The translations under genes and the position numbers were made by a program. The notes below the pieces were generated by a model, which was given only the letters and a program-made list of their open reading frames with translations, was not told the origin of the DNA and made no database searches. From assembly GCF_009914755.1 (NCBI RefSeq), contig NC_060936.1: a stretch of DNA of 64,000 nt; one strand, written 5' to 3'. Shown here one piece after another: positions 1 to 13,616 of this stretch; position 1 is the stretch's first letter, and the number at the start of each line of letters is the position of its first letter. The stretch is from the human T2T-CHM13v2.0 reference genome, Homo sapiens.

Positions 1-239
1 ATATTCATACATTCATATTCATATTCGTTCATATATGTGTGCATACATCTACATACATACCTATATATGTGTATATATGGCAAAGTCATAAAAGCAAACA
101 GCAAATTGAGACAAATACATGCAGTAAATATGAAAATATATAATATCCTTATTGTATGTTGGGGAATATCAGCTATGTAAAATGGAAAGAGAAAGAAAAT
201 TTGCCATTTCAAAGTTAGTAGTAGCCTCTTTGTATATAA

Positions 240-790
240 TATGGCTGCACGTTGGGATTATCTTGGAAGATTTAAAACATTCTGATGCCTGGATCTGACT
301 GGAAGGTTCTGATTTAATTGTCATGGGGCATGGCCTGGACACTGAGTTTTCAAGATCTCTCCAGGTGTATTAGTCTGCTCAGGCTGCCATAACAAAATGC
401 CACTGTGTGGATTAAACAACAGAAACTTATTTTCTCACAGTTCTGGAGGATAAAAGTCTAAGACCAAGGTGCTGGCAGGGTTGCTTTCTGGTGAGGCCTC
501 TTTTTCTTAGCTTGCAGGTGGCTGTCTCTGTGTTGTGTCCTCACATGGTCTTTCTTCTGTGTGTATGGAGAGAGAGTTCTGGTGTCTCTTCCACTTCTCA
601 TAAGGACTCTAGTTCTCTTGGATCAGGGCTCCTCCCTTATGACCTCATTTAACCTTAATTACCTCTTTAAAGACATTGTTTCCAAATGCAGTCACACTGG
701 GTGTTAGGGCTTCAACATATGAATTTTGGGAGGACACAGTTCAGTCCATAACACCAATGTAGAGCTAAGGCAGCAAAGCATTGGTCTAGG
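240..790. mobile_element. MER5A-like hAT DNA transposon interrupted by MLT1A
   Basis: GGTTCTGATTTAATTG...TCTCCAGG matches the recalled MER5A body; resumes after 753. Confidence 0.6.
366..753 (-). mobile_element. MLT1A MaLR solo LTR
   Basis: TG...CA termini; reverse complement begins TGTTATGGACTGAACTGTGTCC...AAATTCATATGTTGAAGCCCTAA. Confidence 0.85.
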
Positions 791-1178
791 GGCAGACAGC
801 AAATCATTTTGAGGAGATTCTGTTACTTCTGTGAGAAACCACTCTGAATCTATGGCAACTTGTTATCTCTTGCCCTAGAAGTGCCCCAAGGAAGGAGGAC
901 CTTTCCTTGTGATTTGACAGAAGATCACTGTGGAGAGGGAATGAGGGTCCTTTCATGAGGAATGGGATCAAGATTTCGACCCCTACTTTTTTGATAGACA
1001 ACCTTCTAGTGGATTGAGATGATCTCAATGAAGGTCACCAGAAAGAAAAGATCCTAAAGGATCCCAAGAAGAATTTTTTGTGAGAGAAGAGGGAGTCTGG
1101 TAATCTGGGCCCAATGTGAGGCCATGTTTATAGCAGCAATCATAAAAACAGTGGCTTATTGCCCCAGGACTCTTTTAC

Positions 1179-1566
1179 CTGAAGTAATTTTGTTGGTCTC
1201 GCTCAAAGTGTTTGGCTTCAAAGTAGGTGACATTCAGTGATGGATAGTCCCACCAGGGTGTCATGGGTGGGAGAACATTGGTTCTCTAACGGAAAGATGA
1301 ATAGTAGTTTGGCAACAAACGGTAGATGTGCATCCTTCTTCCAGCTCAGGTATGAACTCGTTGAGGGCAATGACTGTGCTTGGCTGCACAGTTTCAACAT
1401 TCTTTGAAGATATGGAGGTAATTAATGATCAGTTCACTGCACTCTTCTCAGCTGAGGCTTGGCCTTAGACACTTAGTTTCCCTGCCTCCAGATTATTTTC
1501 TTGGACTTGTGAGCGATAAGTCATTGGAATGGAAGAAAGTCTTTATACACAAGTACCTTCTATGTT
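1179..1566 (-). pseudogene. Fossil exon candidate, 388 nt
   Basis: Strong acceptor CCTTTCTCTTTCAG, donor CAG|GTAAAA; RLSSIPMTYRSQVQENNLEAGKLSV*...TVIALNEFIPELEEGCTST with several stops. Confidence 0.5.
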
Positions 1567-3869
1567 CTGAAAGAGAAAGGTAAGAGGTGCCTCAGCCTTG
1601 GTGTTAAGCCTGTGAGACCCTTTGAGCCATGGGGGCAGAGGCTGCTGGCACTCGCCCTGGAAGACAATTTAATCCAGGTCTCAGCCATCCTTGAAGTTTT
1701 TTGCATGGTCTTAGTGAGTCTGTGTGAGCATCACTTCAGATGTGGTGAGAAGCTTACATGGAAACTATTACATCAAAACATTTCATTTAGTTGGGGGACT
1801 GTTTGGAAAAATCCTATTTTTTTTTTGAAGGAACAAAGAGAAGTTGATGAAAAGATTTGAGGTTATAATGACCAAAGTCTCCACTGCCTTCCTTCCCTCC
1901 CCTCCCCTTCTTCCAAAATGAGAGAAAAGAAATAAAGCTGGAGAAATATCTTGAATGTAATAAGTCTGGCAGGCCAGGCTTTTAGTGAGGATATCGTGTC
2001 ATTGTAATACCTTTTAATTATAGCTGTATAATTATAAATAGGAAAGAAATTAAAAGATGAAAATGTGGTTTGTAATGAAATTACCATAAATACCATGGCA
2101 GACTTTAAAGTTGTCATGCAAATTCATAATACAAAAACATGAATGTGGAAGTTAATTTCTCCTAAAACTAGAAATTAAAATTTTGTGGACTCGTGGTCTT
2201 CCTTGTTAGCTTGGCATTTCCTCCTGAGTACACATAAGCACTGTTAGTTATGCAGACATAAACAGACCTTTAAAGAGTTAGTGTCCTGGCTGGCAACCCT
2301 TATGTTCTCCAGGCCACCTGGGCAAGCTGACATAGAAATGACTCAGGTTCCAAAGACAAATGGTGGAGACATGAAAAGAAAGCTAGTCCAATTGCCTGGA
2401 CATTTTCAGTTACTTCTCCATTTGGAAGCAGGCATGTATTTTGTTTGTGATGCACGAGTTTATCTAGCCCTCTTTATTTAAAAGCCCATTTTACTTCCCA
2501 TTGAACTGACACATTTTCATGATTGAGGATAGGGGATCATAATTGCAAATTGCTACATTGGTCCTGAGGCCAAAACTCAAGGCAGTAGATTGGAGACTTA
2601 GACAGCTTACATCATCCTTTAGTGCCTTCATGCTTCCCACAGGCTAGCTCCTGTTTGTTGAAATACTGCTCATGGGGTCAATATCATGAGGTCAACTTCC
2701 TAAGCCTGTTCCTTAGCTGCACACTACTAAGACATCTTAAAAATGTGAAACCTTGATTCAAAGAGAGATCAAATAAGTGAGTCTGGCTCACTCACTATTG
2801 CAGACCTTTCTCTGACATTGTGAAAATGCTTAACACATGTACAAGTGATGGTAACTTGTGCCCTCTTTTTGCATATGAAAGAGACTTTTTTCTTTTTCTG
2901 AACCAAGAACAATTATTTTGCCATTTTAAAAAATACCATTGGCCTATGGGCTAGCACAATCAATTAAGAGGTATAATTTTATGCCTCTGCTATGAATAAG
3001 AGGTTATGCTGTGATGGCTACCTAAAGATAGGACAGCAAAGTAAATTTGAGGATGCCAAATAGAAAAAGATATTCAGGAAAAAAAGGGGTAAATTGGAGA
3101 AGGCCTTGTATACTGGACATTTTTTTTTTTTAAATATAGATAAGGAGACCCATGGAAGGTGTTTAGGCAAGGAAGTGACATGACAAAAGTGGTATTTTGG
3201 GATAAACTGAAAGAGAATAAGTAGGAAGGTGTTCACTGCCTGCCCTGTAGATTCTGTGGGAGCAGGAACACAGTGGCAACTGCCTGGCCTTAGTGTGATT
3301 CTGTGGGAGCCCAGCTCTTGGGAAGTGACTACTAAGGCTGTGTAGAAGGTCTGGCTCCTGAGAATTCTCTCCTCCCTCATCTCACTGTCTCCACCCAGTG
3401 GGCCAGGAGATTTCAAGTGAGGGATGTCGCCCTCTAAGCAGAGCAGTATCCCAGGTGGAAGAAAAGGGGGTTCTTGGAGGGCAGAAGCACCTGGCTGGGG
3501 ATGTTTGCAGCTGTGTGTCATAGTGGAGGTGAAGTTTGAAATGGCCTCGAGGGATTGGTCACATTTCTCTATACCCCTTTTTAAACTCTGAGGAAAGGAT
3601 CAATCTAAGACCTAGGTGACTTTGATTGGTCCCTCCGTCCAGAGCCACTGTGCTAGCCAAGCCAGCAGATGTGCTGAATACATCATGGGGGAAAAATATG
3701 GATAAATAGAGGAATTTGATTGCTATAAAATGAAGATAAGCTGAACAACCTATAGCAAAGGAAGTTAGAATTAGTGGACCAGAGACATAAGAATATAAAA
3801 CAAACATAAATAGCCACAAACGGGGGAAAAGATAAAAATATCAGAAATAGCAAAAAGAAATGAGCATCA

Positions 3870-4860
3870 CAAAGAATATTCAACTAGAGAATTGGGTAAT
3901 AAGAAAGCAATAGATGAAATGAAGAACTCAATAAAGGGATTGAAGAGCAGAATGTAAACTTTGGATTAACTAATCAATGACCTGGAAGTCTCAAACCCCT
4001 AGGCAGCAGTAAGAAAGAGAAGGACTGCAGTGTTTTTGAAAGGACAAAAGGTTAGCACTACCCTTGACAAGGATGGAAGAGGCCCTCAGGCCTAAAAATT
4101 AAAAAAAAAAGATGAGGACTTCATAAAAAAGAGAATTAAATGATATGGCATATAAAAATAGAAATGTCAACATGATAACAATTTCAGAATGAGCCTGGGC
4201 AAACATGGCGAAACCCCGTCTCTATAAAAAAATGAAAAATTAGCTGGATGTGGTGGTGCATGCCTGTGGTCGCAGCTACTCAGGAGGCTGAGATGGGAGG
4301 ATCGCTTGAGCTGGGAAGGTCGAGGCTGCGGTGAGCGGTGATTGCACCATTGCACTCCGGCCTCCAGCCTAGGTCACAGAGTGAAACCCTGTCTCAATTA
4401 AAAAAAAAAAAAAAAAAAAAAAGTAAAGTCTCAGAATGAGAGAGAAACAATAAACAGTAGTGGAGAACTATTTTGAATTAATGATAATCTACATAGAAAT
4501 ACAGATAAAAGCTTTAGATTGAAGGGGTTTCGCCGGTGTTGTACAGTAGAGATAAGAAAAAAAAATCAACACCTAGATACATTACATTATCAGGAAATTT
4601 AAGAACTTAAAAGAAGATTCCTGAGAGCAAGAGCAAATGACCTTGAAAGGAACAAGAATAAGCTGTCATCACACTTCTCAATAGCAACACCGGATGCAAG
4701 GAGACAGTGCAGCCATACTTCCAAAGCACGAGAATTTTGCTCCTGGGTTTTATACCCAGATACATTATCACTGAAATGCAAGGGGCAAAATGAAGATATT
4801 CTTAGGGATGCAAGGTCTAAGAATATTTATCTTGCAAGGACATGCTTTGAAATGCTGCTG
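3870..4860 (+). mobile_element. Old L1M ORF1-region fragments
   Basis: A-rich, decayed L1 ORF1-like sequence. Confidence 0.5.
4192..4422 (+). mobile_element. 5'-truncated AluJ
   Basis: GGAGGATCGCTTGAG (J-type), poly(A), flanking TCAGAATGA repeat. Confidence 0.9.
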
Positions 4861-4904
4861 TAGGACAAAAGGTCATTCTAGGAGGATGATAAGAATACTG
4901 GAAA

Positions 4905-5385
4905 TGTGTTAGTCAGTGCCCAGTCGGGAAGACAGAAATAATTTTAGATCATTCAAACTGAAAGGGATTTAATGTGGGGCGTTGATTCTAAAGATGTTTG
5001 GAGGAGCAAAAGGGAAAGGGTGTTCTACCCAGAGCTCAGGGATCTGCTAGCATACCTGGGAGAGAGTGTATGAGCCACCCTCACTGGGGTCACTGCTGGA
5101 ACCATGGAGCCATTGTCCACCAGTGCCACTGAAACCACAGGGCTGACATTGAGCAGGAGCCACCTACCTCTGCTGCTGCAGCTGAGGCACTGTCAGAAAC
5201 AATGGCCCCACCCTTATTTCTACTTGCCAGTCAGGTGCAGTTCCCCCAGATTGGCAGAACCAAATTTAACTTTAGCTGTCAAGGAAGTCTGGGGAATGTG
5301 GCTTTCTGCTTACCTGTCTTCCAGAGGAGAATATAAGAGAGTGAGTATGGGGCTAAAGGCCAACAGACAAATATCTGACCTTGGA
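4905..5385 (-). mobile_element. Old MLT1-class LTR
   Basis: TGTGTTAGTCAG terminus and AAGGAAGTCTGGGGAATGTGGCTTT motif. Confidence 0.5.
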
Positions 5386-5941
5386 GCTAAGGGTCTGTAA
5401 ACAAACTAGAAAAGTTAATTCCTGTCCAAATGAAGGGAACAAAGAGAGAAGACAAGAAAGGCACACCCATTACAATCTAGAACAAAACCCGACAATACCA
5501 ATATGACCAATACCAACGTGACCAACTAAAGCAACTGTAAGATACCACTTTATGGACATCAGAGTAGCAAATATTATAAAATTGAATGATTCCAAGTGTT
5601 GGCAAGAATTTAGGGGAAAAAAGGCATGTGAGAGTTAACTGGTACAGACACAATCTAGCAATACTTAGAGAAACCAAGGGTGTATTTATATTCTGTATGA
5701 TCCATCCAACTGACGCCTGGGAATATACACCAGAGAAACGCCTGCAACATATCCATAAAGGGCCATAATCAATTATGTCCCCTGCTACCTTTTATGTGGT
5801 AGCAGACAGGTAGATGAGAAATTAGGTGTCTATCACTAGGAAGTTGAATAAACAAAATTTGATGGGGTACATACTATGGAATATACACCAGGTATATAGG
5901 AACACTATGGATAGACAAAAACATAGTGATAGGTAAAAATA

Positions 5942-6285
5942 CAGATGATCCCCAACATAGGATGTTTCGACTTAGATGTTTTGACTTTGTGATGGTTGGA
6001 CATTTATAGACATTTAGTAGAAACCATACTTCCAGCACTCATACAATCATTGTGTTTTCTGCTTTCAGTACAGTATTCAGCAAAGTATATGACCTGTTCA
6101 ACACTTTGTTATATAATGGGCTTTGTGATAGATAATTTTGCCTAATTGTGGGCTAATGTAAGTGTTCTAGGTTAAGCTGTGATGTTCAGTAGGTTAGGTA
6201 TATTAAAGGCATTTTCAATTCACAATATTTTCAACAGTAACAGGTTTATCAGGATGTAACCCCACCATAAGTCAAGGAGCATCTG
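5942..6285 (-). mobile_element. MER47A (Tigger-type DNA transposon)
   Basis: CAGATG...CATCTG terminal inverted repeats, TA on the left flank; reverse-complement match to the 10681 copy. Confidence 0.85.
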
Positions 6286-6373
6286 TGATAAAAAGTAGAA
6301 TAAGACTTTTAGCACAATTTACTATGAAAAATAACACACATACACAAAAATCACTACATGGCTTTTAAGAATA

Positions 6374-6923
6374 GTGCAGTGGGTTGAATGGTATGTCCAC
6401 ATTCCCAAAAGATATGTCCACATTCCCAAATTGTGAATGTGATTTTTTGGGTAAAAGGAGTCTTTGCAGATGTAATTCAGTAAGAATCTCAAGAAGATAT
6501 CATCCTGGATTATCTAGGGGGACTTTAAAATCCAATGACAAATGTTCTTATAAGAGACACACAATAGAGGCAGGGGACTGTGTGAAGACAGACAGAGATT
6601 GGAGTGGTTTACAGGTTGAATGTACACAGCAAGTATACAAATGTATATAGAAAGCAGACCTTTGGCTAATATTAGCTTTATGGCACAGATAAACTTATAA
6701 ACTGTATTATTATAAGCCACAAGCCAAGGAACACATGGAGACACAAGAAGCTGAAAGAGGCAAGGAATGGAATCTCCCCTGCAGCCTCCGGAGGTTGTGT
6801 GACCCTGCCAACACCTTGATTTTGAGACCTCTGCCTTCCAGAGCTATGAGAATATAAATTTCTGTGGCTTTAAATCACCAAGTTTGAGAAAATTTGTTAC
6901 AGCAGCTACAGGAAGCTAATGCA
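6374..6923 (+). mobile_element. MLT1C-like LTR with an insertion of about 100 bp
   Basis: TGCAGTGGGTTGAATGG...GGAAGCTAATGCA; consensus broken at 6607-6711. Confidence 0.85.
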
Positions 6924-7316
6924 GACAGCTATCCAAGAACATACGTTGGCACACATTACAGTGTCTATGGTGAGGAAGGTTAGGGGAGTGGAGTGGATGA
7001 AAATGGGTAAAAATAAAATGAAAAAATGAGTCTTGGACAAATTAATGAGACAGCCTGCCACAACTGAGGCATATGACCAACTCCATGTACCTGAGGTTTT
7101 AAAAATGTAATTTCCCATTTCAATTTACCATTTCCTTTGAATTCTAGAAGGATTATATATTTTCTATCTTTGCTAATTGGGGTTTTTTACTTTCAAAGAA
7201 TAATCTGGTCATGGACTGTGTATTTGTCCATAAAGTTTCCTGATTTTCATGATAATTGTTTTTAATAATAATTTCATAATTGGATGAGCTTTTCACATAT
7301 AAGATTATTAGCTATA

Positions 7317-7629
<313 letters not shown>

Positions 7630-8284
7630 AAGATTATTAGCTATAAATACATTAGCATATATAAGCTACAAATATATATGTCATATTAGCTACAAATGTA
7701 CAGTATTAAGTCTGTTGCTTAGCTTTTTCCTTTGACCTACACAAGTCTGGAATTGTTATGTAGTTAAACACGTAACAGAGCGTTCTTTACAAGTTTACCT
7801 GTGCCATAAAGCAAACCTTAGGCAAAAGCCTGCCTTCTGTATACATTTATATACTTGTCTGTGTACATTTAATCTATAAATCACAGTAAAAGCAACTTAG
7901 CAGAGAAGGAAGTGATTGGTCTTGATTTGAAATCCCCCCAAATAAAATCTCTGCAATAAATAATGGCCCTAAGAAGCTGTTGGCTGGCATTTATGGTGAA
8001 ATTTCATTTGTATGTTTTATTCTTCATTCATTCATATCCTTTAATAAAATGTGAATTTGAGAGCTTCTTTGGGCAAATACTATTGATATAGACAAGATAA
8101 TAAATAAGGACATAGGCAATGATGGCCCATGGCCTTCAACTTCAACAATGAAGATAATTCAAATGTGGGTTCTCTAGAACACGAATTTTTGTTGGTTTGC
8201 AATCCTTATTTCCTACAATTCTGCTTGGCCTCAAGAATTGAGACTCCACCTCCACGCTCTTTTCTGACTAGTCCCTGATGGTTC

Positions 8285-8770
8285 CGAATTGGTTTCCTGT
8301 GACTGCTGCAACAGGTTACCACAAACTTCGTGGCTTAAAACAACACAAATTTATTCTATTAGAGTTCTGGAGGTCAGGACCATGAAATCAGTTTCACTGG
8401 GCTAAAGTTACAGTGTGAGCAGACCTGGTTCCTTCTGGAGACTCTTGGGAGAAACCGCTTTCTTGCCTTTTTCAGCATCTGGCAGCTGCTTATATTCCTT
8501 GGCTTGCGACCCTTTCCTCCATCCTCCGAGTGTAACACTCCCATCTCTGCTTCCATCATCACCTCCTCTGACTCGAAGTCCTCCTGTTCCACTCTCAAGA
8601 GGACCTTGTGATTAGATCAGGCCCACCTAGATGATCCAGGATACTCTCCGTATCTCAGCATCCTTAACTTAATCACATCTTCATGTCCTTTTTGCTAGAT
8701 ATGATAACATTTACAAGTCCAGGGATCAGGATAGGGACACATTTGGGGGCTGTTATTCATCCAGCCATAG
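8285..8770 (-). mobile_element. MLT1C/D-like LTR
   Basis: GGCTTAAAACAACACAAATTTATT...GTTCTGGAGG body. Confidence 0.8.
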
Positions 8771-9417
8771 TTCCTGACCACAGTGAGGCAAACATTCTGA
8801 ATTTCATTCCCACAACACTGAAGGGCCTAGATTTGCCGTGTTGCAATAAGCAATCCTGTGGTATGTGTGGGGTGAGTACTAGGGCTGCTGTGAGCCCACC
8901 AAACCACAGGCTTCCTCAACACCTGTCGTGTTGGGTCACATTATAGAATTAATGTTCCTCCTGGGGTTCTTTTCCTGTTTATGACCTCAGGTCCACTGCT
9001 GGCCTAACCTTGGCAGCCTCCTACTCTGGTGGGCTGCATGGTGTCACCCCATTATCAGCCAAAACGGCCAGGGGACTGGCTATGAGTCACAATGATGCCT
9101 CTACTGACCACAGTGGATGAGACCTCTGGATTTGGGCATCAGCTGTTTTGCAGTCCACATTTTTCTCCTCTGCGCTTGGTCACATTACAGTCACAGTATT
9201 ATTACTGTTGCCCATTCTTGAGGACCAGGGTCACAGCCTGCCCTATCCTGCTTTGTCCTGGCTCTCCTGTCATGAGTGATGACAGCTTGCAGCCAAACTG
9301 TGAATGCTGTCCTGGGAAATCTCTCTGAAGGTTTCTAGATCTCTAAAGCTATAACGTGAGGTTACAGTCAGCCTGCCTGGGGTCTACAGAGGTTGGATAG
9401 CAGTGACAGGAGATTAC

Positions 9418-10078
9418 CTTGGCGAACTGCACACTGGGGTCTTCTTCCACACTGTTCCCTCTTTCCCTTTAGGACCTGTCCTCGCTCCGAGTATTAGGTA
9501 GCTATTGCTGTGTTACAAATTACCCCCAAACATAGCAGTTTAAAACAAACATTATCTCACAGCTTCAGTGGGTTAGGAATCTATATGTTCTGGCTATAAC
9601 TTCCTGTTCTTCACAAACCTACAGTTAAGGTATTGGCCAGGGCTGGAGTCATCTCAATGTTCAACCGGGATTGGATCTACTCCCAAGCTCACTCACATGG
9701 CTGTTGGTAGGCTCAGGTCCTCACTGGCTGGGAACATTGGTCCCTTGATTTATGGGCCTCTCTATAGAGTATTACAATATGGCAGCTTATCTTCTGCAGA
9801 ATGAGGGGTGGTGGCGGGGGTGGAGGGAGAGAGAGAGAGACAGAGAGAGAGAGAGACTAAGACAGAAGCCATGATCTTTTTTTAATTATCTAATCTTGGA
9901 AGTGATTTTGCTTCTGCCTATTTCTATTTGCTAGAAGCTAGTCACTAAATCCAGCCCACACTCAACGGGGATGGGATCACACAGGCAGTAAGTACCAGAA
10001 GGCAGGGATCCCTGGAGGCCACCTTAGTGGTTGCCTGAAACATCCCGAGAGGAAGTCAGGGAGAGAGAATACCATCTG
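9418..10078 (-). pseudogene. Fossil exon (103 nt when reconstituted) split by an MLT1 LTR
   Basis: Acceptor CTCTGCTCACTCCTAG, donor AAG|GTAATC; removing the LTR and one TSD copy gives open QMVFSLPDFLSERGQVLKGKREQCGRRPQCAVRQ. Confidence 0.55.
9490..10042 (-). mobile_element. MLT1E/F-like LTR with internal (GA)n
   Basis: GTATTAGGTAGCTATTGCTGTGTTACAAATTACCCC...GCCTGAAACA; degenerate 5-bp TSD CTCCG/TCCCG. Confidence 0.8.
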
Positions 10079-10240
10079 CTAGGAGTGAGCAGAGTTCACA
10101 TGAGTTGAGAGGGGCCATAGGGACCCTGAAGATAAGGTGTGTCATGAGCACAGTTTCCTGGGACCTCGATTGTTGTGAGCATTGACTCATACTTCCATGT
10201 ACATTGCTCCCTTTTGGCCTGGGCTGCTCTCTGAGCTCTA

Positions 10241-10423
<183 letters not shown>

Positions 10424-10519
10424 TTACAACAGATGGGAAAGGGATGAAAACACCTGGGAATCACTGAGTCAAAACAACTCATCTGGGCATGCATAAAATG
10501 TTATCTCATTTTTTTTTTC

Positions 10520-11100
10520 TGGAGTAGAAAGAACATAGACTACAGAGCTTGATAGATCTAGCTTAAATTCCAGTTCTACCACTTACCAGCAGAGTGACCT
10601 TATGTTTTTTTCCTCATTTGAAAAATCTGGTAACAATACATAACTCTCTGGGTTGTACTGGGATTGATCAAAACAATATACAAATGCTCCTCAATTTATG
10701 ATGGGGTTACATGCTGATAAACTGATCATAAATGGAAAATATCATAAGTTAAAAATGTATTTAATATACTTAACCTTTTGAATGTAGCACCTTAACCTGG
10801 ACTTACCTTAATCTTGCTCAGAACACTTACATTAGCCTACAGTTGGGCAAAATCATCTAACACAAAGACTACTATAATAAGGTGTTGAATAGCTTATATA
10901 ATTTATTGAATACTGTACTGAAAGTGAAAACAGAATGCTTGTATGGGTACTTGAAGTATGGTTTCTACTAAATGTGCATCACTTTTGCAACATCATAAAG
11001 TAAAAAAAAAAAAATTGTAAGTTGAACCATCATAAGCCAGGGACTACCTGCATGTGAAATGCTCATGGTACACTGCATGGTACCCAGGAGGCATTCTAAC
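10520..11100 (+). mobile_element. MIR interrupted by MER47A
   Basis: MIR core TTTCCTCATTTGAAAA; resumes after 11050. Confidence 0.6.
10681..11050 (+). mobile_element. MER47A
   Basis: CAAATGCTCCTCAATTTATGATGGGGTTAC...GGGACTACCTG, preceded by TA. Confidence 0.85.
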
Positions 11101-11434
11101 TACAGAGCTCTGTACCCTTCCTTTCCCTTCATTATCCAGTTATCCGGTACGTGCATAGTGCTGACGTATCTTGGCATTGGCTAGCCAATTATCCAGAGCA
11201 TCCCAGCATGCATGCAAAGAAAACTGCTCAGTGAGAATGGCTGTCTTTGTAAGGAGAATGTAGGGCTGGCTCTCTGCCTAGGATGCAGGGGTCAGTGGGG
11301 CTGCCGCCAGCCGTCTGCAGTGTTAGCCAGGGAAATCAACTCACAGTCCTCCTGGCATCTACTGCTGGACTTGGGTAAACATAATTACAGCCTTTAAAAA
11401 GAGAAGAGGGAAAGCAACCAAGATCCCCACTCAC

Positions 11435-11747
11435 CATGTAAACAGGATGTCCACTGAATGGCAGCATGGAGATGTTTATGTTCTGTTCAGGGGACAATTG
11501 ACAAAAGGCCTCTGGGAGCCTTTATTGCTGCCTGGGGCAGTGGCCTGCCAGCAGTGGTGGGGCTTGGGTTCTTCTGGGCATTGTGTGATTGTGAATGCTG
11601 AGCTTCAGCTGAGAGCTCTGGGGCTCTGTTGTCTGTAGCTGGGATGCAGTCCTTTGAGACTCTGGGTTGGTTGCCTGCCAAAGGCCCTTCATACAGATAA
11701 GGTCATTCTGGTGTCCAGTGCACAGTTTCCAGCAGGCCTCCAGTGAC
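11435..11747 (-). pseudogene. Fossil exon candidate, 313 nt
   Basis: Acceptor ATTATTTCATAG, consensus donor ATG|GTGAGT; one frame has one stop in 104 codons and ends ...FSGHPVYM in phase 0. Confidence 0.55.
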
Positions 11748-12060
11748 CTATGAAATAATGATCTTAACAACAGCCACCACTTAGAGCAAGGCAGTGGGCT
11801 AAATACTTCACATGGATTATCTGATTTACCTTTCACGATAACCCTTTGCATAATTTTATCATCCTCATTTTATAGCTGAGGAGGCTCTGCAAATGTAGGC
11901 CACTGGATTTGAAGTCAGATCAGCTGGATCCTCAAACCTGAGCTTAATAGTAAGCTAGGTGAAGGCAGGGACTATCTGTCAAGTTCAGCATGCTATCTCT
12001 AGGGCCCAGCATGTGTCTGAGAAAACATTTATTGACGAAATGACTAAAAAAAAAATCTAC

Positions 12061-12346
12061 CAAAATGCTGTCCTCCACTGACTTTCTGCAGCACGTATTT
12101 TTTTTCCCCAGAGTGAGATTGTGTTGCACTATTTGTTCCACATGTCCCTGCTTCCACCGCAGTGACCCAGGGCACACATTGGTCAATGATGGCTGCCGTC
12201 GAGTTTTGGGTACCTACTGAGGCATAAATGTTGTGGAGTAATTGGACATGTGTCAAACCACGAAGCCAAATCTTGCTTCAGTCCAGTTTTCTGTGGAATT
12301 TTAGGCAAGGAAAGCATCTTTTGGGACCATCAAATGCATCCTGTTC
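12061..12346 (-). pseudogene. Fossil exon candidate, 286 nt
   Basis: Acceptor CTGTTTCTGCTCCTTCAG, donor TTG|GTAGAT; the phase-0 frame has one stop in 95 codons (EQDAFDGPKRCFPCLKFHRKLD*SKIWLRG...GGQHF). Confidence 0.55.
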
Positions 12347-12778
12347 CTGAAGGAGCAGAAACAGTGAAAGCGGACACTTGTCTCAGCTGGCCTCTGTCTC
12401 TAGCATGAAATCCCTGGAGAGTGATTTTGCAGCCCCTCTTCCAGAACACAGGTGGGTTTGAGTGGAGTTGTGAAGATAGCCTGAGCATGTTTCTCAGAAA
12501 TGTCAGGAGGTGGTCCTTCTACCTTTAGAATTCTAAATAGAATTGGCCAATACTTGAGTGAAGGGAGGAGGCAAGCTTGCTTGTAGAAAGAACTAGGGCA
12601 CTGACATGCCTACTCCAGAATACAGCATGGCCCTTCTCTAAAGTCTGAACTTTTAGATCAGAGGGAGACACAGCCTTCAGCCTTTCCCTTCTCCATTCAG
12701 GTCTCCTTGTGGAGAGACAATGAGTGGTGGCAGGAACTCCCCTGAAATGGATCTGCCTGGAGCTGAGGCCATAATTAC

Positions 12779-12850
12779 CTCAATGTTGCTAGCATGTCAC
12801 AATCAAGAGCAGGTCGTTGTTTTTAAATGGTCAAAGTTGTAGGAGTATCG
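12779..12850 (-). pseudogene. Fossil exon candidate, 72 nt
   Basis: Strong acceptor CTTTTTATTTTTCAG and donor GAG|GTAATT; all three frames contain stops. Confidence 0.55.
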
Positions 12851-12939
12851 CTGAAAAATAAAAAGCATTTCAAAGACTGCCCAGATTGGTGGTGTTTGTG
12901 TTGTTTGGGTGATGGTAAGATACTGGAAATGAAGAGGTC

Positions 12940-12940
<1 letters not shown>

Positions 12941-12977
<37 letters not shown>
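12941..12977. repeat. (TG)18 microsatellite
   Basis: Direct reading. Confidence 0.98.
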
Positions 12978-12978
<1 letters not shown>

Positions 12979-13563
12979 TTTGTTGTTGATGGTGAATTTT
13001 TTGTCATGGTAACCATTACCTTCTGAGCTATGGACCTCTGTCCCAAGATCCTGGAGCCGTAAATTGTTGAGGTGTCCTGTTGAGACACACGAGACCTGCA
13101 GATAGGCCTGGGATTTCAGGAAGCAGTCTGCGACCAAAGGTATCCTTCAGCATCCTTCTCAATGGCCTCTTTTCCTATGTTCATTCATTCCTGCACCCAG
13201 CTTGGCCTTCTATCATCTTGCTGTCCTGAAGCCCCTGGCTGTGTAGTCTAAGCTCCCACTCCAGGAGGTTTTCTCACAGGGCCCAACCCCACACAGCACA
13301 GCGGCCTTGTCCTGCCCCCCGGCATGCTAGTGTGTGACGTTCTCTTTATCTTTCTATATGAAGAGAAGTCCTATACTTGTTCATACCACTGTACATTTGG
13401 AATAGGCTGGAAGGACATTTCCTGGGCCTCTAATCACTTCTTCTGCCCACATTTCCTATACAACCTGGCTTGGCGTTTCTACTTCCAATCTGCTTGAGTC
13501 AGTGCCAGATTTGGGGCTTGATGCTGTGCATATGTCACCTGCTTCCTAGTCTCAGCTGCTTAT

Positions 13564-13564
<1 letters not shown>

Positions 13565-13614
<50 letters not shown>
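13565..13614. repeat. (AC)25 microsatellite
   Basis: Direct reading. Confidence 0.98.
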
Positions 13615-13616
<2 letters not shown>

